A DNA stretch of 64,000 nucleotides, from positions 660,010 through 724,009 of the forward strand of contig NMRA01000105.1 of the NCBI GenBank assembly GCA_002633005.1, in the 5' to 3' direction. Source of the stretch: Phoronis australis. Its lineage: Eukaryota; Animalia; Phoronida. The notes beneath the pieces were generated by a model. That model did not search any database. It was not told the origin of the DNA and was given only the letters and a program-made list of their open reading frames with translations. The position numbers and the translations under genes were made by a program. Below, piece by piece: positions 1-12,398 of this stretch. The first letter of the stretch is position 1; each line of letters starts with the position of its first letter.

Positions 1-1751
1 AACTAGCCATCGCAGTGTCACTTGCTCCGTGTATGTCGTGTTTTACACACACATTTGCACCGGAGCAGCTGCTCCGTGTTAGCTGATACTAGCGATTAAT
101 AACAACAACAAAACAACAGAAAAAGTACACAAATGCAATGCAAGATTATTTAAAATCGTACATTAAATGTATTTTACATTGATTTGTACACATGGAGTGT
201 GAATACTCAGAACCACCAAGATGCAAGATGCCACTAGACATTGTATGACAGTTTCACATGATGGTTACATCTGTTTCAGTTGTTTTTTCCCCGATTCTAA
301 TGGTTTTATGTGTGAATAAAGGCAGGAGAAAAGGGTATAACAACTACCATGGAAACCAGACTAATCACTACCGTGGCATAGAAGGCGTAACAAAGCGGTA
401 TAATGCTATGAACATTATGCACTACAATGACTCAGTGACTTGATGTGAGGAGTTTCTTAACTTACAAGATTGTCAAACAGTCAAAAAATACTATTTCTAA
501 ACCCACAAAACACCAGTATTTCTTGGATGCACTGTCACCACAATAAAGCCCATTAAGACAACTAAGAAAAGGAATACCAGATGGTTGAAAAAGCTTGGTT
601 GAATAGCTAATACCAGTTACTCTTTGCAACAAATGTCAAAGCTGTTAGAAAGCTATTAATAATGAAAATAATCAAGTGCGTGATAACACTTATAGTAACA
701 TGTAAAGTGATCATTTAACTCCAGCAAGTTGAACTCATTGTATTAACCTGTGCTTGCCATGGCGTTGCTTCAGCACAGTAGCAGTAACAAAGATAACAAA
801 GCCTGATTTCAACGTGTTCCACCAGTTTTCCTGCATACTATTCTGACCAGGTATATGATAAAGGCACATAAAGGTAGTTGTATGGTTGGAATACGCGATG
901 ACAGATTCAAGTCCTGAAATTATATTTTTTAATTTGAATATCTTAAAAAGAGCAATGTAATGTTAAAATGTGACCACCTGATACACATCGCACACAGGGC
1001 AGATACAGGACAACATAGGTTAGTACTATTAACTTAGCGATAATTCATTCCAAAGGTAACCTTTTACAGAGTAACTCCTAGTGTGGATGGCACTTAGCAT
1101 AGGAACATTTAAGTGGGCAAAGGGCCACTGCAGATGGAGACCAACGAGCTGAGCTATCTGTCTCATGTGAACCATAGCTGAGATGACAATTCACATCATT
1201 GCAACAATATACGACAATAATCGAAAGCACTAGCTATATGTTCATTCAACTATTCTCTCCTAGACGTAATTCGACTGTTACCTCAACCATGAAGAATTCA
1301 ATTGAGGCAGGCATCTCAGCCACCTCCCTCAGTCTGCATTGGTCGCATTAGGGTTCTAAATGGCTAACCTCAATGCACACATCTATTCACTTAGGCAGGA
1401 CCCTTGCTTCACTATCACCACCTAATTAAGTGCAAGTGCCAGTTGGAAGATGTGATCTCCATAATTTGATTTAAAACAAAACAAGCCAAATTCACTGATT
1501 TCAAAGCTTAAATTTCCTCAAATAAAATTGTTGACACTTTCACTTTCTGGTGTTCAAACTTTAATAAATCAGGCTTCCTCAAGTAAAAAGGACTTTACCT
1601 GGCATGACCTAACATGAAGCCATAACCATGAACCTCATTAAGATAGATGATTATGAATAAGTGATGGAAGGTACACACAACAATCACCGCGTAACCTTAT
1701 CTGATATGTTTGCATACTTCTCTGCGAAGGTTGAACCTTCTACATTTAGCA

Positions 1752-1986
1752 CGGTAAAATCTCGCCAACACAATATGTCTGACAAGTGGAGCTTTTAAAT
1801 TTCGTCACTCTTTCATGAAAGGCAAAAAGCACCAATTAACATTTTATAGTGTTCCACAACTTAGCTTAACCATCGGACAATGCTTTGAGAAACTGTGAGC
1901 AACGACTACGTTAGAAAGATTTGAAAAATGAAAATAAACAAGAATTTTGAAAATTATTTTAGTACAAAATTGGTGCGACTTTACTG
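1752..1986. mobile_element. Old Tigger/pogo-like MITE
   Basis: Degenerate TIRs cggtaaaatctcgccaa (1752) and ttggtgcgactttactg (ends 1986); both ends flanked by CA rather than TA. Confidence 0.4.
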
Positions 1987-3122
1987 CAGTCAGCATGTAA
2001 AAAAAGCAAGTAATAGATCTTCACAAGCTAACGACATCCCTGGACATTAACTCTATCGCACACAGTTATTAATGTGTACTAAAAAGAAATGTCAATTACC
2101 TGCAGCATCTATTGATGTATTTAGGGGGGCATCCACGGCTGTGCTTCTAAATTACAGCAACAACCCCTTGAACCTCACTCCTAGATCAGCAGACACCATA
2201 ACCCGTGGTACAAATCCCATAGAACGCTACCCAAGAGTTCCCCGCTTACACCATTGTACGAGCTATCACTTCAACAACATTGCATGCATATGGATGCATG
2301 AAAAGTTGTAAATCATGAAATATTCCGTCGTTCAATTTTTGATTAAATTCTATATTCTAAGACTGTGTAAAAAATGGTGTCTTACAAAATTTGTAATGTC
2401 AAAACTGTTAAGTTTATGAGTAAGCCACTAGGAGGACAAGGATAGAGGATTCAGCCATGTTTGATTGTTAACAGGAATAAAGAACCATTCTCTATTATAG
2501 CACAAGTCCTCATTCTGGTGCATAACTGAGCATTAACAAAAAGTGCATGAAAAGACAAAAGTCATTGAAAAGGAAAACTATAGTTCACATTCAGTACGCA
2601 CTGAGATCCATAAAGTATTGCCTCTAGTTTAAACTAAGCGATGAACCAATAAATTATCAATATCTGAATAGTTGCAATGGGTTCATAAATAATTATGACA
2701 CAGGTGGTAACACGTGCAGACTGAGAGAGTGCTTGCATAAATAATTCACAGTTTTAACATTTTCACGTTTGTAAATTGTACGTTTCAGCACTTGTCCAAA
2801 CACACACGCTCAATTCTCTAAGTGATTTTAGTAGCGAGTTGCCCTAAGATATGATATTAACTTGACTTCTGGGCAGTAATGTCATCTATTATAACCCACA
2901 TTCACGCAAGTGCCCGCGACCTACTTTTTGAAATTTTCAACCAAGCACTTACTGCTCAAGTTAGTGTCCACAGGTGTTTTACTTTGTCAATTGTATTTCA
3001 TTATCGTATAGAAGGGCTATCTAATGCATAAACTGGCCTGGGAAATTTCATCAGTTTCGCAACCCACCTGCAGTTGTGGTTTAACCTGGGACATTACCAA
3101 GACCGTAATCAGCCCACTAACA

Positions 3123-3677
3123 CCGCTTTTGCATTAGGAGAACCGAAGCTTCGCCGAAAGTTCACTTATCTTTTCCATTCAACCCCCGATCGAAGTTATC
3201 GCAAGACAACAGACAATGCAGTTCTATTGATCTCCTAAACGAATACCGAGTATTGGGTTCTAGGCCAATTATTGTTCTTCTGCCATTTACCAGTGTTTAT
3301 GAAAATGATCAGTGTCATTCTTCATGAGATATGTTCGCTTTTATTAAAAAATGTGCATCTATTGAGAGCACGTCGGCCACGCTACAATAACAAAGAACAC
3401 GTTTTGCTAGTTTCTCGCGATCGTATATCGTTGCCACAGCCTCTACCAATAACTTCCACGACACTTCGTTTTCACGTGGCCTCTACCAATAACTTCGATG
3501 AAGCTTCGACTTTATTGTTCTCACTACACCAAAGTTTCGGTGAGCACCGAAGCTTCACTTTTAAATCCCACTACTTTTAGTGGAGTTTCGCTTGCAGATT
3601 AACTACCGAGTGAACCTTTCCCACTTACCGAAACTTCGGTACGGTAAAAGGTAAATTTCGCCTCCTATCCAAAAGTG
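3123..3677 (+). mobile_element. Non-autonomous TIR element (MITE), copy 1 of a family rich in CGAAG/CTTCG motifs
   Basis: Ends cgcttttgcattaggag ... ctcctatccaaaagtg are imperfect inverted repeats. About 500 bp align in inverted orientation to 6680-7100 (e.g. gaaaatgatcagtgtcatt vs aatgacactgatcattttc). Confidence 0.75.
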
Positions 3678-3744
3678 ACTCTACTATCATTTTCAACTAC
3701 CAGTAAATCCAACTTAGTTTTCAAAGGTTTGTTGGAAATAACTA

Positions 3745-3935
3745 GACGTGAGGTGCCTGCAATTTGAGAACCAGTTCTCTCAGCGGAATAACAGGCAACA
3801 AACTGATTCTCAAATTGTGGGGATGTTATATCCGACCTGCCGAATTTGTCATTTCTCAGTTTTAAGAGTTAAGCCTCAGCCTTGTTTATCCTGATGATGA
3901 GGCCACTAGCAGGAATGAAAGGATCACGACATTTC
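3745..3935 (+). repeat. Short structured repeat with an internal hairpin and a degenerate hammerhead-like core
   Basis: Inverted repeat caatttgagaaccagtt (3760) / aactgattctcaaattg (ends 3817), followed by CTGATGA-tgaggccactagcaggaat-GAAA-ggatc at 3891-3925. Confidence 0.4.
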
Positions 3936-5099
3936 ATGAATGGTCTATTTTCTTTTAAATATGTCACAGGATAACCCTTATTCCATTATTTTGAGTCTAC
4001 AATACTTACCCTGTATAATTCATATCATTCATAAGTCTTCAATACTAAGACGGTATATTTTGTAATGAGCCCAGATGTAATGCCCTGTTGTTTCTTTTTT
4101 TTGTATTATTACACAATTTCCAAAAAACATGGTGAGCACATGGCCAAGAACATTCAAATAGCAAATTCGACTTGCTTAATGGAAATCGGCATAAAGCATT
4201 TTGAGACCATTTTATTTCGTGTAGTACTAATCATGCACTACTAAAACAGTTTCTTTTGTCATTCTGATTGTGAGCTGCAAATTTTGCATTTTCAAAAACT
4301 TTGATAAAATTTATAGTGCAGGTCAGTCTTATAGAAATCCGACTGATATCATGCCATAAACATTCCCACTAAATGAGATGACGTCAAACCCTACCGATCG
4401 GGGAAAACGGTGGGGTCTGACAGGTTGAAATAGACCGCATTTATCCACCCTGACTGTGTCGCACTCAGCTCGCGATCAAAGGGAACCCGCCTAGCTGCTC
4501 TATTCATTGAGTCACCAGTGAGGATAATTGGCTTCGTTCATGCGGATACGATCAGCTGATTACAATCTAGCCTAGGTGACCGTACTTTATCTGAAGAGCG
4601 TTTTACGTAGTTTTGAGAGTAATACTTGAAAAAAGGAACGAAAAAATTGTTGGTGCAACTTTGAATTTTTCAAATTGGCTCAAGATAAGAGATTTTGCAA
4701 CAAAGCAACACTCACGATTACTTTCATTCGGCGCGCACGAATACAAAAATATAGGACCCAAGTTAGGACAGTATAAATGTAGACCTACTCATTGCATTAT
4801 TTAGATTTTGAAGACATATGCGTTGTAATATTCAAAATACGTTTATTGTAGCTATTACAAGCTCTAAAACGATGTAGTTTAATTTCATTATTCTCATTCA
4901 TTGTCATCCCGTCAAATTGGAGATTTCTGAGATGTGATTCACTGCGATTACGCATATGAATACAAAACACAGGATCCGTGGGAAATATTGTTGATATTTT
5001 CCTGACGTACAGCGAACATTAAGAAACTCTAGAATGCCGTTATTACAGACAAGAACACGATAAAACGAATTTGGATTTAGACGATAGTTTTCATACATT

Positions 5100-6194
5100 T
5101 AGCTGGCTGACTTAGGCACCACTGTGTGTCTCCGCTAGACCCCAAAATTTCACACCGCCCAGGTAATTCTACTCGTCACCTTGTCATGAAAAACTTGACC
5201 AGTTTTAAAAGCACGTGGCCAAGGAAGCGTGCAGTCATCGAAGACATTAGTCAGGAACTACCTATTCATGAAATGGTAGCATAGCATCCAGAAATAAATA
5301 TTGGTGCTCTTTTCCGAAAGTTTCTAATGCCGTAAAAAACTTTTACATTATTTTTAAGAGGAATTTAGTTAATCACGATTGGTGTTTTTAAAGTCAAAAT
5401 GACTCACTGATAGTGAACACTTCGACACCCTAACACCCCGAATCTCCACAAAAATATATGTTAGACTGTCCCGTATCCTGAGTCACCCTTACCGAGACAA
5501 TTCTCGAACGTTTTTTAGCGGATGAGAGCAGCCAGTGCTAAATAAAGCACTTTCTGCTTTATTGCTGGAGTTAATTTCTTTAGTTACAATACACACCTAG
5601 ATCGTCACATTGTGTTTACTCTCAGGCAAAGGAACTCCGATGACACGCATGCGCTCACTCACTCACACACATTCGCAGAGGAACTTCAAAACAAACGTCA
5701 AATGACAACAACATGTACATTGTATGTTCGTCCATTTTTCACGTGTTGCGGGGTACGATATAGAGCACAATTGGACTTAATCTGCAGTTAATCCCGACTC
5801 CACAGGAACTTAAAAATCTCAGGGATGCAACTGGAAAACTCGGAGGATTTTAGGTAATTTGTTGAGTCGAAACAGTGTATTCTTATTTAAGAATTCAATT
5901 TGTCCTATCGACGATCACGAGGCAGTGACGCATCAGTCGACAAGTTTTCACCCTGGAATTTCAGCACATTTTTAAAAAAATTATCGTAATTTTAAGCAAT
6001 GAAGTTTGATAGCAATGCACCACAATCTTGTAGAAAGGCTGTCATAGGTTACAGATACATCATAGAGCATAAATTTGATGAGTCCTAGCTTCTGATTTTC
6101 CCCGTTTTGAAGACTGAACTTCAACCGCCTTAGGCTACAACAAGCGCCCCCTCCCCCTAAAACAATTTTTTATAAGCGCCTGAGTGAATACGGG
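5100..6194 (-). mobile_element. Partial copy of the pogo/Tc1-type non-autonomous element at 35031-37947
   Basis: 5190-6194 is a continuous inverted alignment to 35031-36025. It ends in ...ataagcgcctgagtgaatacggg followed by TA (6195-6196). Other terminus not found. Confidence 0.8.
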
Positions 6195-6679
6195 TATACA
6201 GCTTTACACCAAGACTAGGTGATGCTGCGCAATATTTTTTGTTGCTCGTACCGACTGTTGCCAATTTTTGCTCGTTTCCATAACCTATGAGGATGGCAGA
6301 AATGAAAACGTTGCAATTTGAATTTCAATGTTAGCATAATCCAGAAAATCAGAAGTCCGTCTTTTAAAACGCTTTCGGAGAAAGACTTGCAGAAGATGCT
6401 CACTCTTTCAAAATTGCCCTGGAGGTATTAACTATTCCATGCAGCATTATTTAACTGGTCTGGGCTATAATTATCATTTTATGGCCTGGTCATCCATTCA
6501 GTCCAAAGCAGTTCCATAGGTGGCTTATCAGCCAATTGTTCATGCATGCTGACTCACAATAGAAGCCTCAGGTAAGAGTGAAGGTGGTAAATATGGTGTT
6601 TATAGTTTCTTACTGTAGTGGATTTGTTCATGACATGTTCAAAAGCCATTTTTCCTTTCTCAAGTAATTTTAGTCACTT

Positions 6680-7100
6680 TTATTGAAGTTTCAGTAAGTG
6701 GGAAAGGATAACTCTAATAGCTGAAAATAGCGAAGCTTTGGTACTCACGAAACGTCGGTGTAGGGGGAAACGCCAGAGCGAAACTTCGCCGAAGTACTGG
6801 TAGAGGCCACAGCAAACATGCGACACTTACAAAATGTGTTCTTTGTTATTGTAAGATAGCCAACGTGCTCTCAATAGACGCACAGAAATAAATAAAAGAA
6901 CATATCTGATGAAAAATGACACTGATCATTTTCACAAACATGGGTAAATGGCAGGAGAACAATATTCAATATTCTTTTGAGAGAAGGTCTCAATGAACTG
7001 TATCGTCGGTATCTTGGCGATTCAATATTGCTGTCTAGTCAGAAAGGTAAGCAAGTTTCGGAGAAGCTTCAGTAATCCGAAATTCCCCTAATGCGAAAGC
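6680..7100 (-). mobile_element. MITE copy 2, inverted relative to 3123-3677
   Basis: Reverse complement matches 3125-3640; terminus cccctaatgcgaaagc at ~7085-7100. Confidence 0.75.
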
Positions 7101-7526
7101 ATTGCATTAAGTTTCTAGATCATCCGTTGATTGAAGAGTGCTGATTTAACTGCCTAGAGGGTACCTATCAGAAGCCCCAATAGGGCTCATATATATCGTT
7201 ATCTGTTTTAAGCAATCTAACTGATTGACATGGTCAGTGAATCTCACAGCAAATGACTGAGATTGCAGAATAATGAGTGTGGGAAGATACGCATTGCTAA
7301 ATAATAAAAAATGACTACTTTTTAATTGATTTTTTCCGTTCAGAAATGAAACAAATTAATTTTTAATTTCTATCATAATGAAATATAATTTTGCTTTCAG
7401 TTACAGGCAGCACCCGATTCATACAAGGATCAAATACCCCTCGGTGTGTGGTCAGTTAGCCCGACTGTCCAGTAATATGCCATGCAGATTTTTTGCATGA
7501 AAAAAAATGATATGCATGAGGATCTT

Positions 7527-8791
7527 CAAAAAGCCATCGGACCCGAATGTTGCGCGTCGCTAGCTGGGGTACACATCACCCCTAATATCTTCCTTGCCCC
7601 CACGAATGCACCGCTAACAGTGTGCTTCTAGGGTTGCTTATTTGGAACATAAATGTGGCAACTAGATAGCGCAAAATATGTCGAATCTATCCGAAAACTT
7701 GTATGTGTCATCAAACCTCCCTCAAGGAACTTCTGAGAAAACAGAGGAAAACAAAAAAGTGAAATTGCCACTAAGAGGCTATAAGAGCAAAAAACATATC
7801 TGCCTCTAAGAGGCACCAAAGGAGATAAAGTCATCACAAAATCATTGTCAGACTTCTTCTTCACATTAGGAACATACACAACAATTTTCACAATCATCCT
7901 TAGAGTGGTTTTGTTGACAGAAGGGCAGACGCCAAATAACATGACTTGAAAACAGTAAAAATGGCCACAAGGTGACGCAAAAATGCCTTGAATTTTACCA
8001 AAAACCGGATGATAGCGTAACCTCACTAATGGGCTAACTCCCAAATTTTATGAAAATCCGTTGCTGACCTTTTAAGATACAGAGGTAAACGTAAAAAAAC
8101 TAAAATTGACACTAGGGGCACACCTGTAGCTCGATCTGTCCGCGGAAGTTATCATCCTCTGTTGTCAACTTCATATAAATACACCAGCAAAATTCAATAA
8201 AGATCCCGTAGCGCATTTAGGAGATACAGCCATGAGCGCAAAACCAAACAATAATGCGTCCACATATAAATATGTGGGCGCATAAAAATGCCACTAGAAG
8301 GCGCCATAGTAGTCCAAGTCATCAGAAAATCATCGTCAGCCACCATCTTCAAAGTAAGAACATATATGCCAATTTTCAAAATCATCTCTAGAGCGGTTGG
8401 GTTCATAGAACTGAGGACGCCAAAAAACAGACTAAAAACAGTAAAAATGGCCACTAGGTGGTGCAAAGTACCTCGAATCCGTCCGAAAACAAAAGGATAG
8501 CATCATCTCACTAATAGATGCCCAACTGCCACATTTTATGAAAATTCGTTGAGGACCTCCAAAGATACAGAGGTAAGCATAAAAAGTTAAAATTGCCACT
8601 AGGGGGCACACTGGTAGTCAGAGAGGTCCGAAATTCATCGTCCTCTGTCATCACCTTCATAGGAACACATCTGCCAAATCTCATCAAGATCCTATGAGGG
8701 GCTTAGGAGATACAGCTGCGGACACTGGACGCTCAGACACAGATGACGGCAATTAATGTGACCACATATAGAATAAGCGGATGCATAATAA
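7527..8791 (-). mobile_element. Helentron-associated (HINE/DINE-1-like) non-autonomous element with an internal GCCACTAGG tandem array (family A)
   Basis: Array anchors atggccac at 7961 and 8447. GAC-rich stretch (gacactggacgctcagacacagatgacgg) and decayed terminal hairpin at ~8720-8790. Homologous to 14747-16455 and 22860-23590. Confidence 0.7.
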
Positions 8792-9253
8792 GTAATGATT
8801 TTACACGAAACTGGCATAACACTGTTCATTCCAAAGGTCACCGGCTTCATGTGAACTCTACCACAAGTTCCAGAAAGCGAACATCACGTACATATAAACA
8901 ACTTCTAAACATGCCATTCTTTATCTCATGCAATATTCAAAGAAGAAATGAATGAATTATTTCATCCAACCATTAATGATTTAGAGGTCTATGTGTATGG
9001 TCTGTTTTTCATAGAAATATATTGCTAACAGAGTATCAATCACCCAGCAGGTATTTCCAACACTAGATATTCCGACACTGATGCTGTGTCTACGTCATTA
9101 GGATGTCAGATTTCCAATGTCAAACAGACATAGCAGAGATGAAAGATGGCGTTGATTCTATGTACATTCTAAATACTGTGACTGCGAGCTTGTTCAGAAT
9201 TTGCAAATCTTGCGCCAGTTAGCCCCTCGTATCAAAAGAAAAAACATCACACT

Positions 9254-9958
9254 AGCCCCATTCACATGCTTAACTGAGAAATCTGCGTAATAATTGTTTA
9301 CCTAAATCCACTTTTAATTCCATTACTGTAAGCGTTCTCATGTGTTCGCTTTCCGTTTATGAAACCTGTTTTTCTACGTCACTCCTGTCATCAACTTTGG
9401 TAACTACTGCTCTTGTGCTTCTGTGCTTCTGGAGAGAAACACCAACTGAATCAAACTGGCAGAATTTGTAAAAAATATGCCATCAGCAAACCGGTCGTGG
9501 ATTCACTCTAGGGGGCAAATGTGGCAGTTCATAGGCAGTGGTTTTTAAAACACTTAAAAGATCTCTAAAAACACTGAAACCTACCTCCAGTCGTTTTGCC
9601 CTTGGGCATATACCACCCTATCCCTCCTGATCCCTGGAGGCAGCCCTCCAGAGACCTGGGACTCGCTCCACAAAAAGATCAAGAAGTGCATAGATTCTTC
9701 AATCCACATTTTTTCAACTTTGCCGGAAATGTGGCTTGCAATGTGTTTGCATGAAGTCAGGATTTCTGTCAGCATTGCTTCGTTTGATGTTTGCTGCGCA
9801 TATCAAATAACGCAGTCTGAGTAGTAGTAATATACCTATTTAATTTGCTTCACAGCAGAAAAGCATTATTGCAAACATTCACAAGAACATCTGACTAATG
9901 GAGGATAGCAAGTTCCCGATTATTTACGAAGCAATTGACTGCGCATGTGAATGGGCCA
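9254..9958 (-). mobile_element. PIF/Harbinger-derived element with a Myb/SANT-like (trihelix) coding relic
   Basis: 13-bp perfect TIR core cccattcacatgc (9257-9269) / gcatgtgaatggg (9943-9955), with a 3-bp direct repeat ACT on both sides. Internal minus-strand frame 9581-9775 reads KMWIEESMHFLIFLWSESQV...RRDRVVY, resembling the W-x3-E-x3-LI-x2-W helix of Harbinger Myb/SANT proteins. Confidence 0.65.
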
Positions 9959-10214
9959 ACTATAGCTAAGACACATAAGAGTTGTAAAAGGCCCACTTTT
10001 TAGTGTACCACAACTGCCACGTCATCCAAATTTCCAAAGACCATTAATTACTGATAAAACCCTAATGACTTTCTGAACCCTGCCTTTGAGGTGACGATGC
10101 AGTAACATCACGTCTAAAATCCGTTGATTTACCCCTACTTCTAACCTATTTACATTGGTGACCACCTGTACAGGGTGTAAATGAACTGTCTTTGTTCGGG
10201 GGGGGGGGCATGAT

Positions 10215-10650
10215 ATCGCATTGCTTGGCTCCCTATCATGCTGACTGAAGACCTAGCCACGAAGGTTCATATAAACAGCATCTTTGGCCATTCTTTTAGT
10301 GCAGCCCATTTCACAATTGAGCATCCACATGTAATCCTACTAGATGTGGTTCTTTTGACCATGTATGCTCTGCTACTCGAGATGAGCTATTGCCCTCAAT
10401 ATAGCATATCTTGTCTTTGATAATCCTGGTTTCCAGTACCTATTAAGGGTTTCACCAACATAGGCTTCACCACATTCATAAAGGATTAAAGATGATGTTT
10501 TTTCTCTATGCCAACCATCTACTTTTGGTCAGCCATCAACCAGGGGTATCTGAGCGATGGTATACCGTTCTTATCTCAACTTCCTCACACTTGCATCCTA
10601 ACTTAGTTTTCAGATTCCAGGTATGCATGTACGGAAGACACGTCATTTAT
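10215..10650 (-). mobile_element. Decayed Penelope-like element: RT thumb/linker plus GIY-YIG endonuclease relic
   Basis: Minus-strand translation with frameshifts gives LPYMH...CEEVEIRTVYHRSDTP, then YECGEAYVGET (10480-10448), SSRVAEHTWSK and KRMAKDAVYMN. These match the PLE pattern LPY...CxCGxxYIGET...SAVAEH...KRxxKEAxxI. Confidence 0.75.
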
Positions 10651-10669
10651 TTTGTATGTCCTTCTTCCT

Positions 10670-10818
10670 TTATTATAGTAAAACTAAAACGAGCGTCGGT
10701 ACTAAAATATATTAAAATATCCCCCACGTTTTGAGCGATGCGCTTTTTGTCAACTGTTTCTACTGACGGTAGAGTACGTTTCAATATATTTTAGTACCGA
10801 CGCTCGTTGTTTTAGTTT
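10670..10818 (-). mobile_element. Penelope-type pseudo-LTR remnant with an inverted tail duplication and a hammerhead-like core
   Basis: Arms aaactaaaacgagcgtcggtactaaaatatatt (10681-10713) and aatatattttagtaccgacgctcgttgttttagttt (10783-10818). The minus strand reads TTGACAA-aaagcgcatcgctc-AAAA-cgtgg...AATAAA. Homologous to 47571-47665. Confidence 0.6.
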
Positions 10819-10819
10819 C

Positions 10820-11555
10820 CAGTCAAAGATGGCGGAAATATTGGCAATGGTGCATGCGCACCTCGATATCTGGCCTAAAACGTTTTCTCCTGTAGACGGC
10901 GGATTGGTGAACCAATCATTTTCAATCTCGTCACCTATTTGTTTCGTTTCATTGGCTATTATAAAAGTTTGTTTAACCGGAAGTCACTTTCAAGATGGCG
11001 ACTCTGGCACATTTTCACCCATTTTCGATCGTTCTGCGGTCACATTTGTAACGGGAAGAGCAAATGACATGAATTTTTGCATGTGGATTCCTTGAAGTAT
11101 GCTCTCTCAAAAGTTCTGCGATAACATTTCTCTCGGACTAACCGTTTTCGAGTTATTTGACTTTGAATTTCAAAAAAACCCGCAAAATTTCATTTTTTCG
11201 AAAAATTTACAGAATTGTGCGTTACTACCAATTTAGATAGAGATTTGAATGGGCTTTCAGGTGATGTTTTCAAGTTTTCCTAGGACGTCTACTTTTCGAA
11301 TTATTCGAAATTTTCTGATAGAGTTGTACCTTTGTTGAGTGCTCTTGCTGTATGATGTTGGTTTAGCTTCTATTGAACAAGACTGCAGCCTATTTCTTAG
11401 TAATTTCTTCGCTAGTCACATGAATGTTATCGTGTTGTTCATAATCGCCGCCTTCATCGCCATTATCATCGTCATCGTCATCATTCTCCGCATCGTTTCC
11501 TTTTCAGTTAATTTTGCCAAGAGTCGCTCCTCCGAGCGCTCTCGTTTTCATTGTT
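10820..11555 (+). mobile_element. HINE-like element with a family B terminus
   Basis: 3' end gccaagagt-cgctc-ctcc-gagcg-ctctcg...ttgtt (hairpin then TTGTT). 11335-11555 is shared in inverted orientation with 22412-22690. Confidence 0.6.
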
Positions 11556-11865
11556 AGAAATGCAAAAATTCATTAACAACAGCACGGAAAAGAAAAATAA
11601 CGTGCACTGTAACAAAATAGGGCAACTTGATTAGTGTACACCACTGCTTGCCCCAAAGAATACAGTGAACTTTGAATGGGGGAGTTTATCGTGTCGACTC
11701 ATAAACCTAGGAAAGGCGCATTCAACAGGGAATGCTGGATAAAATTTAGATTTTCTAATTATTGATTCATACAGTTCCTTAATTAAAAGTTTGTAAAACA
11801 AATCTGTTTAACAATATAATAGGTAGGACCCATTCACAGATGCATGAAACACTTGCTTCAACATA

Positions 11866-12205
11866 CAGGGTTCCAATAAGAAGTCACACTTCACTTCCTG
11901 AGGAGCAGACTGTGCGCCTGTGCCCACTGTGTGGTTACACATGGCAATTAAAGTAGGCACGGCATCATGCCTCCCCCCGTATGCACGGGTATGAACAAAA
12001 GTTTGATATTGGTAACTAAAAAACATCAAGGAATTCCGTACAATTAATCTTCTTCCTAAGTTAACATTAACAAACTATGAAGTTATTTTGGTTTAAACAT
12101 TTAATCTTTTTTCATCACAACTTCAAACCAGAAATCTTGTCACAGTGTTACAAAAATATGTAGTTTTTGTCATTTGAAGTATGAGTACATTTTAAGGACA
12201 CCCTG
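11866..12205. mobile_element. Tc1/mariner-type MITE
   Basis: TA-cagggttccaataagaagt ... tacattttaaggacaccctg-TA; CAGGGT termini with TA flanks. Confidence 0.5.
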
Positions 12206-12398
12206 TAGTTCCACATTGTATGTGCCACAATTAAAAATGATAAAAATATAACTGACGAACTACACTCAAAATACAAGTTTCCGGTCAATCTCTAAGATGC
12301 ATTCTGATGCACTTTTGACATTATGCTGCCAACATAAGACTATAGTACATGGGCCACCAACTCCATATATTTTCAATGGGTGAAATCTCTTACGTGAT

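Noticed and set aside
1-100. Imperfect hairpin at the window start
   Set aside because: Truncated context; cannot be assigned beyond a probable repeat end.
7628-8500. ORFs of 70-138 aa in the GCCACTAGG arrays (also at 14899-16135 and 23030-23372), which resemble each other
   Set aside because: The similarity comes from the DNA repeat; frames break differently in each copy and occur on both strands.
10171-12205. A 2-kb mariner defined by TA-cagggtgt at 10171
   Set aside because: 10171 lies within the Penelope relic's 3' region, and a closer left TIR exists at 11866.
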